DNA of 31,161 nucleotides from a virus: IMG/VR virus record IMGVR_UViG_3300017971_000622; one strand, 5' to 3'. Shown piece by piece: positions 1 to 8,365 of this stretch (position 1 is its first letter; each line of letters starts with the position of its first letter). The notes under the pieces were generated by a model. It saw only the letters and a program-made list of their open reading frames with translations, ran no database searches and was not told where the DNA came from. The position numbers and the translations under genes were made by a program.

Positions 1-403
1 ATCCATAATCCCCCTCATACCGCCTGTCGAGTTGAGGATAAGGCACCACGTGAGCAGGTTTTATCTGCTTCACTCCATAAGCTACACGACCCATCCCTCC
101 AATATACTCGACGCTTCTCCTGAGCTTGGCCTCTGCCTCCTTGGTGAAGTTCCGAAGATGATAACTGGCAAATTCGAGAGCTATCTTCTTGGCATTGTGC
201 CACTCAGTGTTTGGATTGCCCACCTTCACCGTAACGGGATAAGGAACGCTACCGGCCAATTTCACGGCATATCCATTACTGGTGTGCTCGACCGAGAGAA
301 TCTGCCACTCCCACGGGTCTAACCTGTCTTCAAACCTGATATTGACTGCCGTCAACTGCTTTGCCAGCCTCACCAGCTCCTGTGCTATCTTTTGTTCGTT
401 CAT
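1..403 (-). CDS. Leader-peptide family protein, 3' end truncated by window edge (N-term MNEQKIAQELVRLAKQLTAV)
   Basis: ATG at 403 (complement). Continuous ORF runs to the window edge. N-terminal leader motif is shared with the downstream array. ATGA overlap with the stop of the 400..681 gene. Confidence 0.6.
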   Translation of the reverse strand, partial: MNEQKIAQELVRLAKQLTAVNIRFEDRLDPWEWQILSVEHTSNGYAVKLAGSVPYPVTVKVGNPNTEWHNAKKIALEFASYHLRNFTKEAEAKLRRSVEYIGGMGRVAYGVKQIKPAHVVPYPQLDRRYEGDYG

Positions 404-681
404 AAAGCTTCCTTCAGTGCCTCCTGCACGGCCCTCTCCGCCGCAGGGCCTGCCGCATCGCTTCCACGACCCTTTTCATTCATTATGCGCCATATTTCCT
501 TCTTCAGCTCCCCGGCCTTGCGCTCTACTTCGCTAATCTCACGACGGGCAAGCTCAAGACCCCGGCCACCGCCCTTCGCCATTTTCTCGGCGGCATCCAG
601 ATTGTCACGAATCCCCCTGCCCGCTGTCAGCGCTCTGGCCAGTCTTACCAACTCTCTGGCTATGACGTGCTCAGTCTTCAT
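400..681 (-). CDS. Leader-peptide family small protein (MKTEHVIARELVRLARALTAG...)
   Basis: ORF track. Variant of the conserved leader peptide. Translationally coupled to neighbours. Confidence 0.6.
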   Translation of the reverse strand: MKTEHVIARELVRLARALTAGRGIRDNLDAAEKMAKGGGRGLELARREISEVERKAGELKKEIWRIMNEKGRGSDAAGPAAERAVQEALKEAL

Positions 682-967
682 CGCTTGTCTCCTCCACCAA
701 ATGGATTATCAATCCCTCAGTGGTTTCAAGAACGTCCACGAGTTGCTTCTCGATATGCTTGAACATATTTTTGGCCACGGTGCCCATATTCTCAATTTCT
801 GTGCGCTTGACATCCTTGAAAGACCGGAACAAATCGCCCAGCTCTCGTTGCATCTTACGAAGAGCATTTAGTGCCTTTATCACATCTCGGTCATCAAGAA
901 TCCGGTCTGCCGCTGTTAGTTCTCTGGCCATGGCTACCAGCTCTTGGGCTATCTTTTCGTTATTCAT
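671..967 (-). CDS. Leader-peptide family small protein (MNNEKIAQELVAMARELTAAD...)
   Basis: ORF 671..970. Second ATG at 967 gives the canonical MNNEKIA start and an ATGA-type overlap with the upstream stop. Confidence 0.65.
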   Translation of the reverse strand: MNNEKIAQELVAMARELTAADRILDDRDVIKALNALRKMQRELGDLFRSFKDVKRTEIENMGTVAKNMFKHIEKQLVDVLETTEGLIIHLVEETSDED

Positions 968-1182
968 CATCCGACCTTCCTTGCGGTTTCTTTTATCGCA
1001 ACACCGCCCCGAGATTCTATTCCCAAATCAGTGGCCAACTCAATGGCATCCCTCTTGCTCTTGGCCCGAACCCTCATGCTCATGGTAAGAATCCTCCTGA
1101 CCTCCCACTCCGGCAGGTCTTCCTCCAGATTCTCCCTGTGCATCCGCTCAAGAAGATTGTTGGCTATCTTCTGTATATCCAT
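967..1182 (-). CDS. Small protein, weak leader variant (MDIQKIANNLLERM...)
   Basis: ORF 967..1236. Internal ATG at 1182 is preceded by GGAGGG. Only partial match to the leader motif. Confidence 0.4.
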   Translation of the reverse strand: MDIQKIANNLLERMHRENLEEDLPEWEVRRILTMSMRVRAKSKRDAIELATDLGIESRGGVAIKETARKVG

Positions 1183-1238
1183 GCCAACCCAAAGCCCTCC
1201 GGGGCGGCAAGCCGCCCCATCGGACTCAATTTTCATCC

Positions 1239-1652
1239 TTACGGAATTGTTACATTCGAACCGCCCACGCCACCGAACAGTGCGCCCGTGCCATAGCGAC
1301 GGTTGCCGGTTGCGCCAACCAAGACGCTCGTGTGTACCACTTCCGAATCGGTAATCGGAATGTCATCGAGGTCACGACCCACGACGCCCAGCATCTCGAC
1401 AAGGACGTGCGTCGGCTCGGCGTCAATGTCGCCAAGGTAGTTCGATGCCGCCGCCGTAACCGAGAGGCGGTTGAACTTGGCCGCAAGCCACGGACGGGTA
1501 CCCGTCTGCGTCTGCGGGTTCCAGATGTACTTCAAGTACGTCTTGACCGCCGCCAATTCGGCTCCTGTCGGCTCCGTGATACGACTGTTCCGGGCGATGT
1601 TCCATACCCATCTCGCCCACTGCCACCAACTATATGTACTACTTCCGGCCAT
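1239..1652 (-). CDS. Hypothetical W-rich protein (MAGSSTYSWWQWARWVWN...), no leader
   Basis: ORF 1239..1739. Internal ATG at 1652 has a strong AAAGGAGG RBS 7 nt upstream. Confidence 0.5.
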   Translation of the reverse strand: MAGSSTYSWWQWARWVWNIARNSRITEPTGAELAAVKTYLKYIWNPQTQTGTRPWLAAKFNRLSVTAAASNYLGDIDAEPTHVLVEMLGVVGRDLDDIPITDSEVVHTSVLVGATGNRRYGTGALFGGVGGSNVTIP

Positions 1653-1756
1653 TTTAGGCCTCCTTTCGTTTTTTGCCCTTAGAGGTCTCGCAAACGATAA
1701 CCTCAACATGGTCGCCACCATGGCTCCATGCCGACCCATTTGGGCATAGGGTCAAT

Positions 1757-2050
1757 CTATCTCAACTGTGAAAGTATCATATCCGGGCGTCGCAGTTTAT
1801 TCACTGCGGCACGAAGTATCTTCTCGACATCCTTCAAAACCCTGACCTCTGAGGACATCACGCCCTCTTCCTTCATCTGTTGCTCGGCATACCACGCAAT
1901 ATTCTCCACGAGGGTCGAGAAATAGTAGTTCGATTTCCTGTACCACTCCCCAACGTCGGAAAGAGTGACAGAAGCATCCATGGCTCTTTCAGCAGTCAGC
2001 TCTCTTGCCACGGCCACAAGCTCTTTGGCTACTCTCTGCCTGTTCATCAT
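1757..2050 (-). CDS. Leader-peptide family small protein (MMNRQRVAKELVAVARELTAE...)
   Basis: ORF track. Leader motif. ATGATGA overlap with the upstream stop. Confidence 0.65.
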   Translation of the reverse strand: MMNRQRVAKELVAVARELTAERAMDASVTLSDVGEWYRKSNYYFSTLVENIAWYAEQQMKEEGVMSSEVRVLKDVEKILRAAVNKLRRPDMILSQLR

Positions 2051-2382
2051 AGAGACTCCTGCAAAGTACGGATTTCCTTCAGTATGTCATTCATAGCCGA
2101 GATAGTCCTGCCAGCCAAACTCTTGAGACTCTTCGCCTTGAGAACCGACGCCTTGGCGGTCTGCCCTTCCGGGGAGTCCTCTTTCGACATTCCGTGCTGG
2201 CGAACGTAAGCCTCATAGATTGAACCATGGGCAGAGTCCAAGAGACGGTGAGCCTTCACGGCCTTGGCGTAAGCGTCCTTTAGCTCGGAACGAATCTGCT
2301 CCAGACCACGCTCTCCCCAATTCACAGCCGTCAGCTCTCTCGCTACGGCCACAAGCTCTTGAGCTATTTTCTGTTCGTTCAT
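2047..2382 (-). CDS. Leader-peptide family small protein (MNEQKIAQELVAVARELTAV...)
   Basis: ORF 2047..2406. ATG at 2382 is preceded by GGAGA and gives the canonical leader at the N-terminus. Confidence 0.65.
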   Translation of the reverse strand: MNEQKIAQELVAVARELTAVNWGERGLEQIRSELKDAYAKAVKAHRLLDSAHGSIYEAYVRQHGMSKEDSPEGQTAKASVLKAKSLKSLAGRTISAMNDILKEIRTLQESL

Positions 2383-2409
2383 TTCATTCTCCATCCGGGC
2401 ACACAAGGC

Positions 2410-2928
2410 TCACTTATACAGCGGTGACTTGCCCGGCTTGTAGCCCTTCCTGTGCAACTCCTGTATGAAGTCGTTCATCTTCTTCTTGCTGTGGAAAATC
2501 CTCATGTCATAGAACTCACTGCCGTCCTTGTGGGTGCTCTTGCCATCATGGAAGTTGACTGTATATCTCCTTCTTCCCATGTCTTGGACATAGTATTCTT
2601 TTTTGCCGCCAACCAGCGCTCTGGCCTTCTTGCCGAAAGCCACCTTGTCCACCGCCCACATGAGCAAGTTGTCCATTGTCTGTAGGTTGCCGAGTGCTAA
2701 ATCGTCCCTCTTCTCATAAGCGATTGGAATCTGAGACTGAACGATGTCCTGCCTTCGCCTCAGCTTTCTCAGGCCCAGCTCGACAAGCTGGTCAACAACC
2801 TTCTTCTGCTGTCCTCTGGACATCTTAGTCAGGTCTCTTGGGAGGCGTAGTCCCTTGAAGGGGTCAGGTGCCGCCGTCAGCTCTCTGGCTATGGCCACAA
2901 GCTCTCTTGCTATCTTCTGATTGTTCAT
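2410..2928 (-). CDS. Leader-peptide family protein, 172 aa (MNNQKIARELVAIARELTAA...)
   Basis: ORF track. Canonical leader. Confidence 0.7.
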   Translation of the reverse strand: MNNQKIARELVAIARELTAAPDPFKGLRLPRDLTKMSRGQQKKVVDQLVELGLRKLRRRQDIVQSQIPIAYEKRDDLALGNLQTMDNLLMWAVDKVAFGKKARALVGGKKEYYVQDMGRRRYTVNFHDGKSTHKDGSEFYDMRIFHSKKKMNDFIQELHRKGYKPGKSPLYK

Positions 2929-3002
2929 GTCAACTCCCTACCTATGAAACAAATATCAAAAAATCCGTCAAATCGCCTATTGGCCACCCACTCTGGCCAT
3001 TC

Positions 3003-3323
3003 TCAGGTTATCCATGTCAGTCTTGTCTCCTTCCTCATGCTCGCCCTCATTTTGGCTCGTGGACGCTTCCCCCGATAGTCCTCTTTCCAGTCCCAGTTGA
3101 GTCCATCAACAAGCCAGCCGAACTCATCGGACAGCCAGTCTGCGCCCTCATCCGAAATCTCTTCATCGCTGTAATCTCCCCGGAGGGAAACCTCCACCTC
3201 CGTTGGCAGGTCTACATCTTCACCGTCAGTATCCCATGTGATATTGTAAAAAACAACAGACCTCGCCGCAGTCAGCTCTCTGGCTATGGCCACAAGCTCT
3301 TTGGCTACGTGTTGGTTATTCAT
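3003..3323 (-). CDS. Leader-peptide family protein, acidic C-terminus (MNNQHVAKELVAIARELTAA...)
   Basis: ORF track. Canonical leader. Confidence 0.7.
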   Translation of the reverse strand: MNNQHVAKELVAIARELTAARSVVFYNITWDTDGEDVDLPTEVEVSLRGDYSDEEISDEGADWLSDEFGWLVDGLNWDWKEDYRGKRPRAKMRASMRKETRLTWIT

Positions 3324-3814
3324 CAGTACACCCCTAGTGCTCTCGCTATGCTCGGTATGTCATTCAGATTGGCTTTCTCAATGTGCTTCAGCAACTTCTT
3401 CTTCAGCGCCTCCATTGGTGCCTGCACCGTCTTCAGCTCATCGGAAAGAATCTCCTTCAGTGAATAGGACTTGCCCTTCCTTGTCCACTGCTTCGAAAAC
3501 GGATAGCCGTCCTTGGACTTCTTGTCGGTCGGCTCGTGCTTTTTCAGTATCCTTGGAATGTCGTTCACGCTCGGGTTATCAATCGTGCCGACAATGTAAT
3601 TCTTCTGCGACTTGCGGCCTTCCACTTCGTCCTGAATGATAAGGTAGAGTATGCCATCGGGCTGAAGCATCAGCCATGCGAGAGACTTGTGCGTAAACCC
3701 ACTGGCATCTTCCGGCCCCCACAGACTCTGATTGAAGCCAATCTGCTTCCCACTCGCCGCACTCAATTCTTTAGCCACGGCCACCAATTCTCTTGCTACT
3801 CTCTGGTTGTTCAT
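3323..3814 (-). CDS. Leader-peptide family protein, 163 aa (MNNQRVARELVAVAKELSAA...)
   Basis: ORF track. Canonical leader. 1-nt stop/start overlap. Confidence 0.7.
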   Translation of the reverse strand: MNNQRVARELVAVAKELSAASGKQIGFNQSLWGPEDASGFTHKSLAWLMLQPDGILYLIIQDEVEGRKSQKNYIVGTIDNPSVNDIPRILKKHEPTDKKSKDGYPFSKQWTRKGKSYSLKEILSDELKTVQAPMEALKKKLLKHIEKANLNDIPSIARALGVY

Positions 3815-3815
3815 G

Positions 3816-4094
3816 TCAATTCATCCTCCTCAAAATTGTCTTCAAGTCCAAGGAAACCCTTGTCAGATTATTCCACACCTTCTGCAACTCTCGGCGTCCG
3901 CCTGCCGGTTCAAGTGCCGCCTCAGCTTCTTCCATGTGATGTTTCTTCATCACCTCGGCCATAATCGCATTGGCATCAGAAGTCATCTCGGACATCAACT
4001 CGACCGACTTCTTGAATCTTGAATCGCCCCTCATGACCCCTGTCAACTCTTTCGCCACAGCCACCAATTCTTGGGCTATTTTTTCGTTGTCCAT
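3816..4094 (-). CDS. Leader-peptide family small protein (MDNEKIAQELVAVAKELTGV...)
   Basis: ORF 3816..4115. ATG at 4094 is preceded by GAGGAG. Confidence 0.65.
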   Translation of the reverse strand: MDNEKIAQELVAVAKELTGVMRGDSRFKKSVELMSEMTSDANAIMAEVMKKHHMEEAEAALEPAGGRRELQKVWNNLTRVSLDLKTILRRMN

Positions 4095-4108
4095 GTTCAT
4101 CTCCTCGC

Positions 4109-4369
4109 CTACCATCCCAGATAAGGCTCAATGTCTTTCAAATAATACCTTGCCCTTCGGTCACCACCCTCGAAATCTCTTTCAGGCCCGGCATACCTGA
4201 TAATGACGCTGTTGCCACTCACCCTCTCGACCTCCCATATGCCCGGCGAGATGTCCATCTTCAGGGACATCTTGAGATTGATTTCTATCCTGTCTCCCCT
4301 CTTAAGCTCACCAGATGTCAGCTCTCTGGCCACCTTCAAAAGCTCTTCTGCTACTCTCTGGTTGTCCAT
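4109..4369 (-). CDS. Leader-peptide family small protein (MDNQRVAEELLKVARELTSG...)
   Basis: ORF track. Leader motif. Confidence 0.65.
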   Translation of the reverse strand: MDNQRVAEELLKVARELTSGELKRGDRIEINLKMSLKMDISPGIWEVERVSGNSVIIRYAGPERDFEGGDRRARYYLKDIEPYLGW

Positions 4370-4388
4370 CTCAGTCTCCCAAGTGCGG

Positions 4389-4994
4389 TCAGCTAAACTC
4401 TTTAATTATCCTACTACAAATCTGCTTCAAGCGTCCACCGTCGTTGCTAATTTCCTCTGCCATGTCTCCCACAAGCCGTAAAAACCAGCCAGCGTCCGAC
4501 GTACTTCCATAGGTACTCACCATCGAGTTCAACTCTTTTGCCAAGCGACCAAAAGCAAAAAGTCGCTCACCAGATGTCAGCTCTCTGGCCACCTTCGCCG
4601 GAGCTGTTTCGTCAAACCATGCCTGAACATCATCAACTATCATGTCGGCCACCCGCCGGGCATTCCCCCTAATCGGGCGCTTCCTCGGGTTGGGGTAAGT
4701 CCGGTTGCCGCTCGCATCAATTCCGACCACCCCGCCGTACATCACCATTTCCGGCGAAAGCCACAAATCCAGAACAGCACCATTGGTGAAGCGAGTCCAA
4801 AGCTGGCGCTCGGCCTTCCGACTGCCAGTGCCCTTGTAGTTCTGTCTCATACTCTTGATGCCAAGCTCACGCTTCTTCTTCTGGAGGGCCTTTACGATGT
4901 CACGAGTAAAGACCTCGCCTTCTTCCGGTGTCATGCCTGCGGTCAGCTCTCTGGCCATAGCTACGAGTCTTCTGGCTATTCTTTCGTTGTCCAT
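4389..4994 (-). CDS. Leader-peptide family protein with a second, internal copy of the motif (..PAKVARELTSGE..)
   Basis: ORF 4389..5000, start at MDNERIARRLVAMARELTAG. An internal repeat of the peptide motif is in frame. Confidence 0.65.
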   Translation of the reverse strand: MDNERIARRLVAMARELTAGMTPEEGEVFTRDIVKALQKKKRELGIKSMRQNYKGTGSRKAERQLWTRFTNGAVLDLWLSPEMVMYGGVVGIDASGNRTYPNPRKRPIRGNARRVADMIVDDVQAWFDETAPAKVARELTSGERLFAFGRLAKELNSMVSTYGSTSDAGWFLRLVGDMAEEISNDGGRLKQICSRIIKEFS

Positions 4995-5362
4995 TACCAC
5001 ATACCCTCCGACACACTCGATTCCTCAAGACCTGTTCTCAGCTCGTTCCAGCCCTTATTGAGAACGCTAACGCCAAGTCTGACATAGACATACACCCGGT
5101 CATTCAGAGTGGTTACATTCTCCATGCGCATCAAGCCAGAAGAACCTCTCATGCCCCCTTGCTTGAGAACACCCTCTGCTTCTTTGCGAGCTTGGTTAAC
5201 GAGCTTGGGAAGCTCCTTAAGCTCTACACTCTCATCACCGCCAGCAACCCCCCAAGCGATAAGGGTTTCGTCAGACGCCCTGTACCATCCAGACTCAGTC
5301 CTGCCAGCCGTCAGCTCTCTGGCCATGGCTACCAGCTCTCGTGCTACTCTCTGGTTATCCAT
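4994..5362 (-). CDS. Leader-peptide family protein (MDNQRVARELVAMARELTAG...)
   Basis: ORF 4994..5374, canonical start at 5362. Overlaps neighbours by 1 nt. Confidence 0.65.
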   Translation of the reverse strand: MDNQRVARELVAMARELTAGRTESGWYRASDETLIAWGVAGGDESVELKELPKLVNQARKEAEGVLKQGGMRGSSGLMRMENVTTLNDRVYVYVRLGVSVLNKGWNELRTGLEESSVSEGMW

Positions 5363-5937
5363 CACATCCTCCATTCAAAATCATCTTTTTCCTGCTCTTC
5401 CAAATAATCTTCTTTGAGGTGAAACAGCCTGCGCTTGAGCCTGAGCATTTCAACCTCCATCTTGGCGAGTTCTGTCCTCATCTCTCGGTTCTTTCTCGCC
5501 AGATTGTTGGCACTGTTGATGTGAGCCGCAGATTTTCCAAGAGCGATAAATGCCTTGTTCATGCTTTTGTAGAGGGGGTCGCTCACGCCAGCCACCAATT
5601 CTTTTGCCACGGCCACAAGCTCTCGTGCTGTCTTCTGACTCGATGCGCTTTTGCTAATCTCCATTACAAAATCCTCCGGGGTTCCTTTACGGTAACCCAT
5701 CTTCTTCAGCATGGTCATTATGCCTTCAGCTTCCCATCCAGACAGGTTGTACTCCATCCACTGCCAGAGATAAACCGGTATGCGTGCACGAGTCTTTTTC
5801 AGCCTGCCTCCCTCGTACGACTCCTCGGTGTCCACCTGATTCTCAATCCTGTCCAAGTCTCTTTCAACCTCAGACGGCTTCTCATCCTTGCTGGCCCATA
5901 TTACAACACCATTCCGAATTGGATAATATGCCTTCAT
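5362..5937 (-). CDS. Protein with ~95-aa N-terminal extension followed by an internal leader motif (..SSQKTARELVAVAKELVAG..)
   Basis: ORF track. The motif is internal and in frame, which implies a modular fusion. Confidence 0.55.
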   Translation of the reverse strand: MKAYYPIRNGVVIWASKDEKPSEVERDLDRIENQVDTEESYEGGRLKKTRARIPVYLWQWMEYNLSGWEAEGIMTMLKKMGYRKGTPEDFVMEISKSASSQKTARELVAVAKELVAGVSDPLYKSMNKAFIALGKSAAHINSANNLARKNREMRTELAKMEVEMLRLKRRLFHLKEDYLEEQEKDDFEWRM

Positions 5938-5950
5938 AGCACTCCACCCA

Positions 5951-6226
5951 TCACAGCTTTTTCACGTCACGCATCAATCCCATCAGGGAGTTCCACGCTT
6001 CGTCAATTGCCTTGTGGTATCTCTGGTAATTACGATTGTGCTTAATCACATCAATCAAGCCAGTGTCAACCAGCGCATCACGAACGTCTCCCTGAACATC
6101 TGTAAGTTTGTCAATGTTATCTTCCAGCACTGACAGCATGGCCGCAACCTCATCCGCCGTTCTTTCTCTCGCTGTCAGCTCCTCGGCCATCCTCACAAGT
6201 TCCTGAGCTATCTTCTGTCTGTTCAT
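5951..6226 (-). CDS. Leader-peptide family small protein (MNRQKIAQELVRMAEELTAR...)
   Basis: ORF track. Confidence 0.65.
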   Translation of the reverse strand: MNRQKIAQELVRMAEELTARERTADEVAAMLSVLEDNIDKLTDVQGDVRDALVDTGLIDVIKHNRNYQRYHKAIDEAWNSLMGLMRDVKKL

Positions 6227-6236
6227 CGAATGCTCC

Positions 6237-6596
6237 TTAAATGGCTATGCCGTACTGCTTCGCCCATTCTTTCAATGACTCCATGCCGTAGAGGACAGTG
6301 TCGTAGTTCTTCCTCTTGGCCGCATCCCAGAACACGGGGATGATGCTGGCGTCCAAGTCTTCTATCATCTCGGCAAAATCATCCTCATCACGCACGATTT
6401 TACTCCGGGCCTTTCTGAAGTCCTCCAGTCTCATATCACGAGACTGTTCCATCAAAAACTCAGCAATCGCTTCGGCAGTCTCAACCGTGTCGTACCTGTC
6501 ACTCTTTAAGAATCTTTCGATTTCCGGCCAACGATAGACGGCCCTTCCTGCAACAAACTCTCTTACGAGCTTCTCTGCTATTTTCTGATGATTCAT
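6237..6596 (-). CDS. Leader-variant small protein (MNHQKIAEKLVREFVAGR...)
   Basis: ORF track. Divergent leader. Confidence 0.55.
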   Translation of the reverse strand: MNHQKIAEKLVREFVAGRAVYRWPEIERFLKSDRYDTVETAEAIAEFLMEQSRDMRLEDFRKARSKIVRDEDDFAEMIEDLDASIIPVFWDAAKRKNYDTVLYGMESLKEWAKQYGIAI

Positions 6597-6877
6597 CGAA
6601 TGCCCCTCACGCTTCTGAGATGGTCGGAGATGGCATTATCCAAATCTGAAAATGCCTCTGCCATAGCATCACGTTGTTTTTTCATCTTCGGACTGTCAAG
6701 CTCCGGGTTCTCCCCTCGGGTCTCGTACATGATGCCCAGTGTATTAAGATAGTAGCGCCCGAACGTGGCGAACTCCCTCCTCATCTCCTGCAACGCATCC
6801 AAGTAAGGAAACCGGGCAACTCTACTCCGGGCTACGAACTCTCTGGTCAGCCTCTCGGCTATGCGTTCTTCGTCCAT
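6593..6877 (-). CDS. Leader-variant small protein (MDEERIAERLTREFVARS...)
   Basis: ORF 6593..6898. ATG at 6877 is preceded by GAGGAG. Confidence 0.55.
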   Translation of the reverse strand: MDEERIAERLTREFVARSRVARFPYLDALQEMRREFATFGRYYLNTLGIMYETRGENPELDSPKMKKQRDAMAEAFSDLDNAISDHLRSVRGIR

Positions 6878-6887
6878 GTCAGTCTCC

Positions 6888-7283
6888 TCAGAAAGCACTC
6901 AATACTGATTCCACCTTCCTTACGGTGTCATCAACAATCTTGGATATTTTGGCTATCTTGGCGTCCACCTTCCTTGCGTACTGCGGGTCATCGAAATGAT
7001 ATTTGTCCTCGGAAATCCAGATGTCTTCCTGCACGTCTGTCGCCAACTGCTCCAGCTTCTGAGCCGCCTTGTTGCGCTCACCCCACGGGTCTCCCTTCGC
7101 ACTTCGCACTCTCGATGACTTTTTCTTCTTCAGGAAGTCGGGCTTAGGCTCGTTCTCCTTGCCGTCATTGTCCTTGTCCTTGTCTTTCCACTGTTTCTTG
7201 AAAGCTTCGGGGACTTCGCCTTTCTTCGAGACCAGCTCTCTGGCCAGTCTTACCAGCTCTTGTGCCACTTCTTGTTCGTTCAT
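6888..7283 (-). CDS. Leader-peptide family protein, K/D-rich (MNEQEVAQELVRLARELVSK...)
   Basis: ORF track. Confidence 0.65.
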   Translation of the reverse strand: MNEQEVAQELVRLARELVSKKGEVPEAFKKQWKDKDKDNDGKENEPKPDFLKKKKSSRVRSAKGDPWGERNKAAQKLEQLATDVQEDIWISEDKYHFDDPQYARKVDAKIAKISKIVDDTVRKVESVLSAF

Positions 7284-7293
7284 GTCAGTCTCC

Positions 7294-7668
7294 TTAAAGC
7301 CCGTAGCTTCTCGCCAATCTTTCGGCTTCTCTCGGGTCTGCGTCTATGATTGGAATAATCCTACTGATTTCCTTCAAAAAGCGAGTTCGACTCAGGTGGT
7401 CGAGTGTACGAAAGTCCAGTCTGAGATATGCCTCGGCATGTCGTGGGTCAATGTCCGTTCGGCCAAGCTTCCTGAGAGTGGAAGTTACGATATCATCATA
7501 CATGGAACGAAGAGCCGTCAGCTCTCTGGCCATTCTCACCAGTTCTCGGGCTACTCTTTCACTGGAATCAACTTTCTTGGTGCGCCGGGTCTTGACAGGC
7601 TTGCTCTCAACCGGCTCGATGATTTCAACATCCCCCACCTCGGCAAGAAAAACTCTGTGATTGCGCAT
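7294..7668 (-). CDS. Protein with basic N-terminal extension and an internal leader motif (..SERVARELVRMARELTAL..)
   Basis: ORF track. Motif sits at about residue 36. Confidence 0.55.
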   Translation of the reverse strand: MRNHRVFLAEVGDVEIIEPVESKPVKTRRTKKVDSSERVARELVRMARELTALRSMYDDIVTSTLRKLGRTDIDPRHAEAYLRLDFRTLDHLSRTRFLKEISRIIPIIDADPREAERLARSYGL

Positions 7669-7910
7669 TACGCCTCCGCAACTATTTTTGTAAGAATGTC
7701 AACAAGCCCTTCGACCGTCGTGCTTGGCCGGATAACGCCAACGCCGAACTGCTTCAGGCGCTTGCGCTTCTTCTGCGTGAGCTTGCTCATCTGGGTTTTG
7801 AGACTTCTCACCTTGGAGGCGAACTGCTCATCAATCTTCTCTTCTTCCTCGGCGGCCATAATCTCGTTGGCCAGCACCAGAAGCTGTCTTGCAACCTTGG
7901 CTCTGTTCAT
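7668..7910 (-). CDS. Leader-variant small basic protein (MNRAKVARQLLVLANEIMAA...)
   Basis: ORF track. Confidence 0.55.
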   Translation of the reverse strand: MNRAKVARQLLVLANEIMAAEEEEKIDEQFASKVRSLKTQMSKLTQKKRKRLKQFGVGVIRPSTTVEGLVDILTKIVAEA

Positions 7911-7987
7911 GCCGTCCCTCCAGAATACAGTTTGACCACCAACCCCAACAAAGCATCGAGGTCTGTGGTTAAAATCACCGTACCAGA

Positions 7988-8230
7988 TTACGGCTTGCCC
8001 TGTGTGTTCTCCACGAAGCGGTTAGGCACATCGTCATGCGGCATAACCACACCAGCGTTGTTACGCAGGTCGCTACCGGCGTTGGCTGTTCTTTGCGCCG
8101 CCGCCTGTGGTGCCAGCTTGGAGATGACCTTCGTTTCACCGCTATCGAACACGGGCACACCGCCCTCGAACTGGGCTTCTTCTATCTGGTCTTGCTGTCT
8201 GTTTGTCGGGTTTTCTCTGTACGTAGGCAT
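7988..8230 (-). CDS. Hypothetical small protein, no leader; first gene after the rsr terminator
   Basis: ORF 7988..8251. ATG at 8230 is preceded by AAGGAGGAAGG. Confidence 0.45.
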   Translation of the reverse strand: MPTYRENPTNRQQDQIEEAQFEGGVPVFDSGETKVISKLAPQAAAQRTANAGSDLRNNAGVVMPHDDVPNRFVENTQGKP

Positions 8231-8315
8231 ACCTTCCTCCTTTACATGCATGCAAACAAGTTCTCAACAATGGCTTAAATATCAAATAATTATTAAATTG
8301 GATGGCAAAAGACAC

Positions 8316-8348
8316 AAAAAAGGGGCCGTGAGATTAACTCACGGCCCC
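8316..8348 (-). terminator. Rho-independent terminator downstream of rsr
   Basis: 11-bp GC-rich stem GGGGCCGTGAG/CTCACGGCCCC with loop ATTAA. On the minus strand it is followed by T6. Confidence 0.7.
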
Positions 8349-8365
8349 GGATTACTCCTTTCCCC

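Noticed and set aside
1789-1806. Hairpin CGCAGT-TTATTC-ACTGCG as a terminator
   Set aside because: It lies inside the coding region of the 1757..2050 gene and has no U-tract.
2929-3002. Possible sigma70 promoter (TTGACG...) and TGGCCA hairpin in the 2928/3003 intergenic region
   Set aside because: The -10 match is poor at any sensible spacing and the hairpin has no adjacent U-tract. The evidence is insufficient.
1-7910. Regularly spaced ~55-nt repeats (the leader-coding segments) considered as a CRISPR array or tandem repeat
   Set aside because: The repeats are in-frame coding sequence with synonymous variation. Spacers are 200-600 nt of protein-coding DNA and uneven in length. This is a paralogous gene family, not CRISPR.
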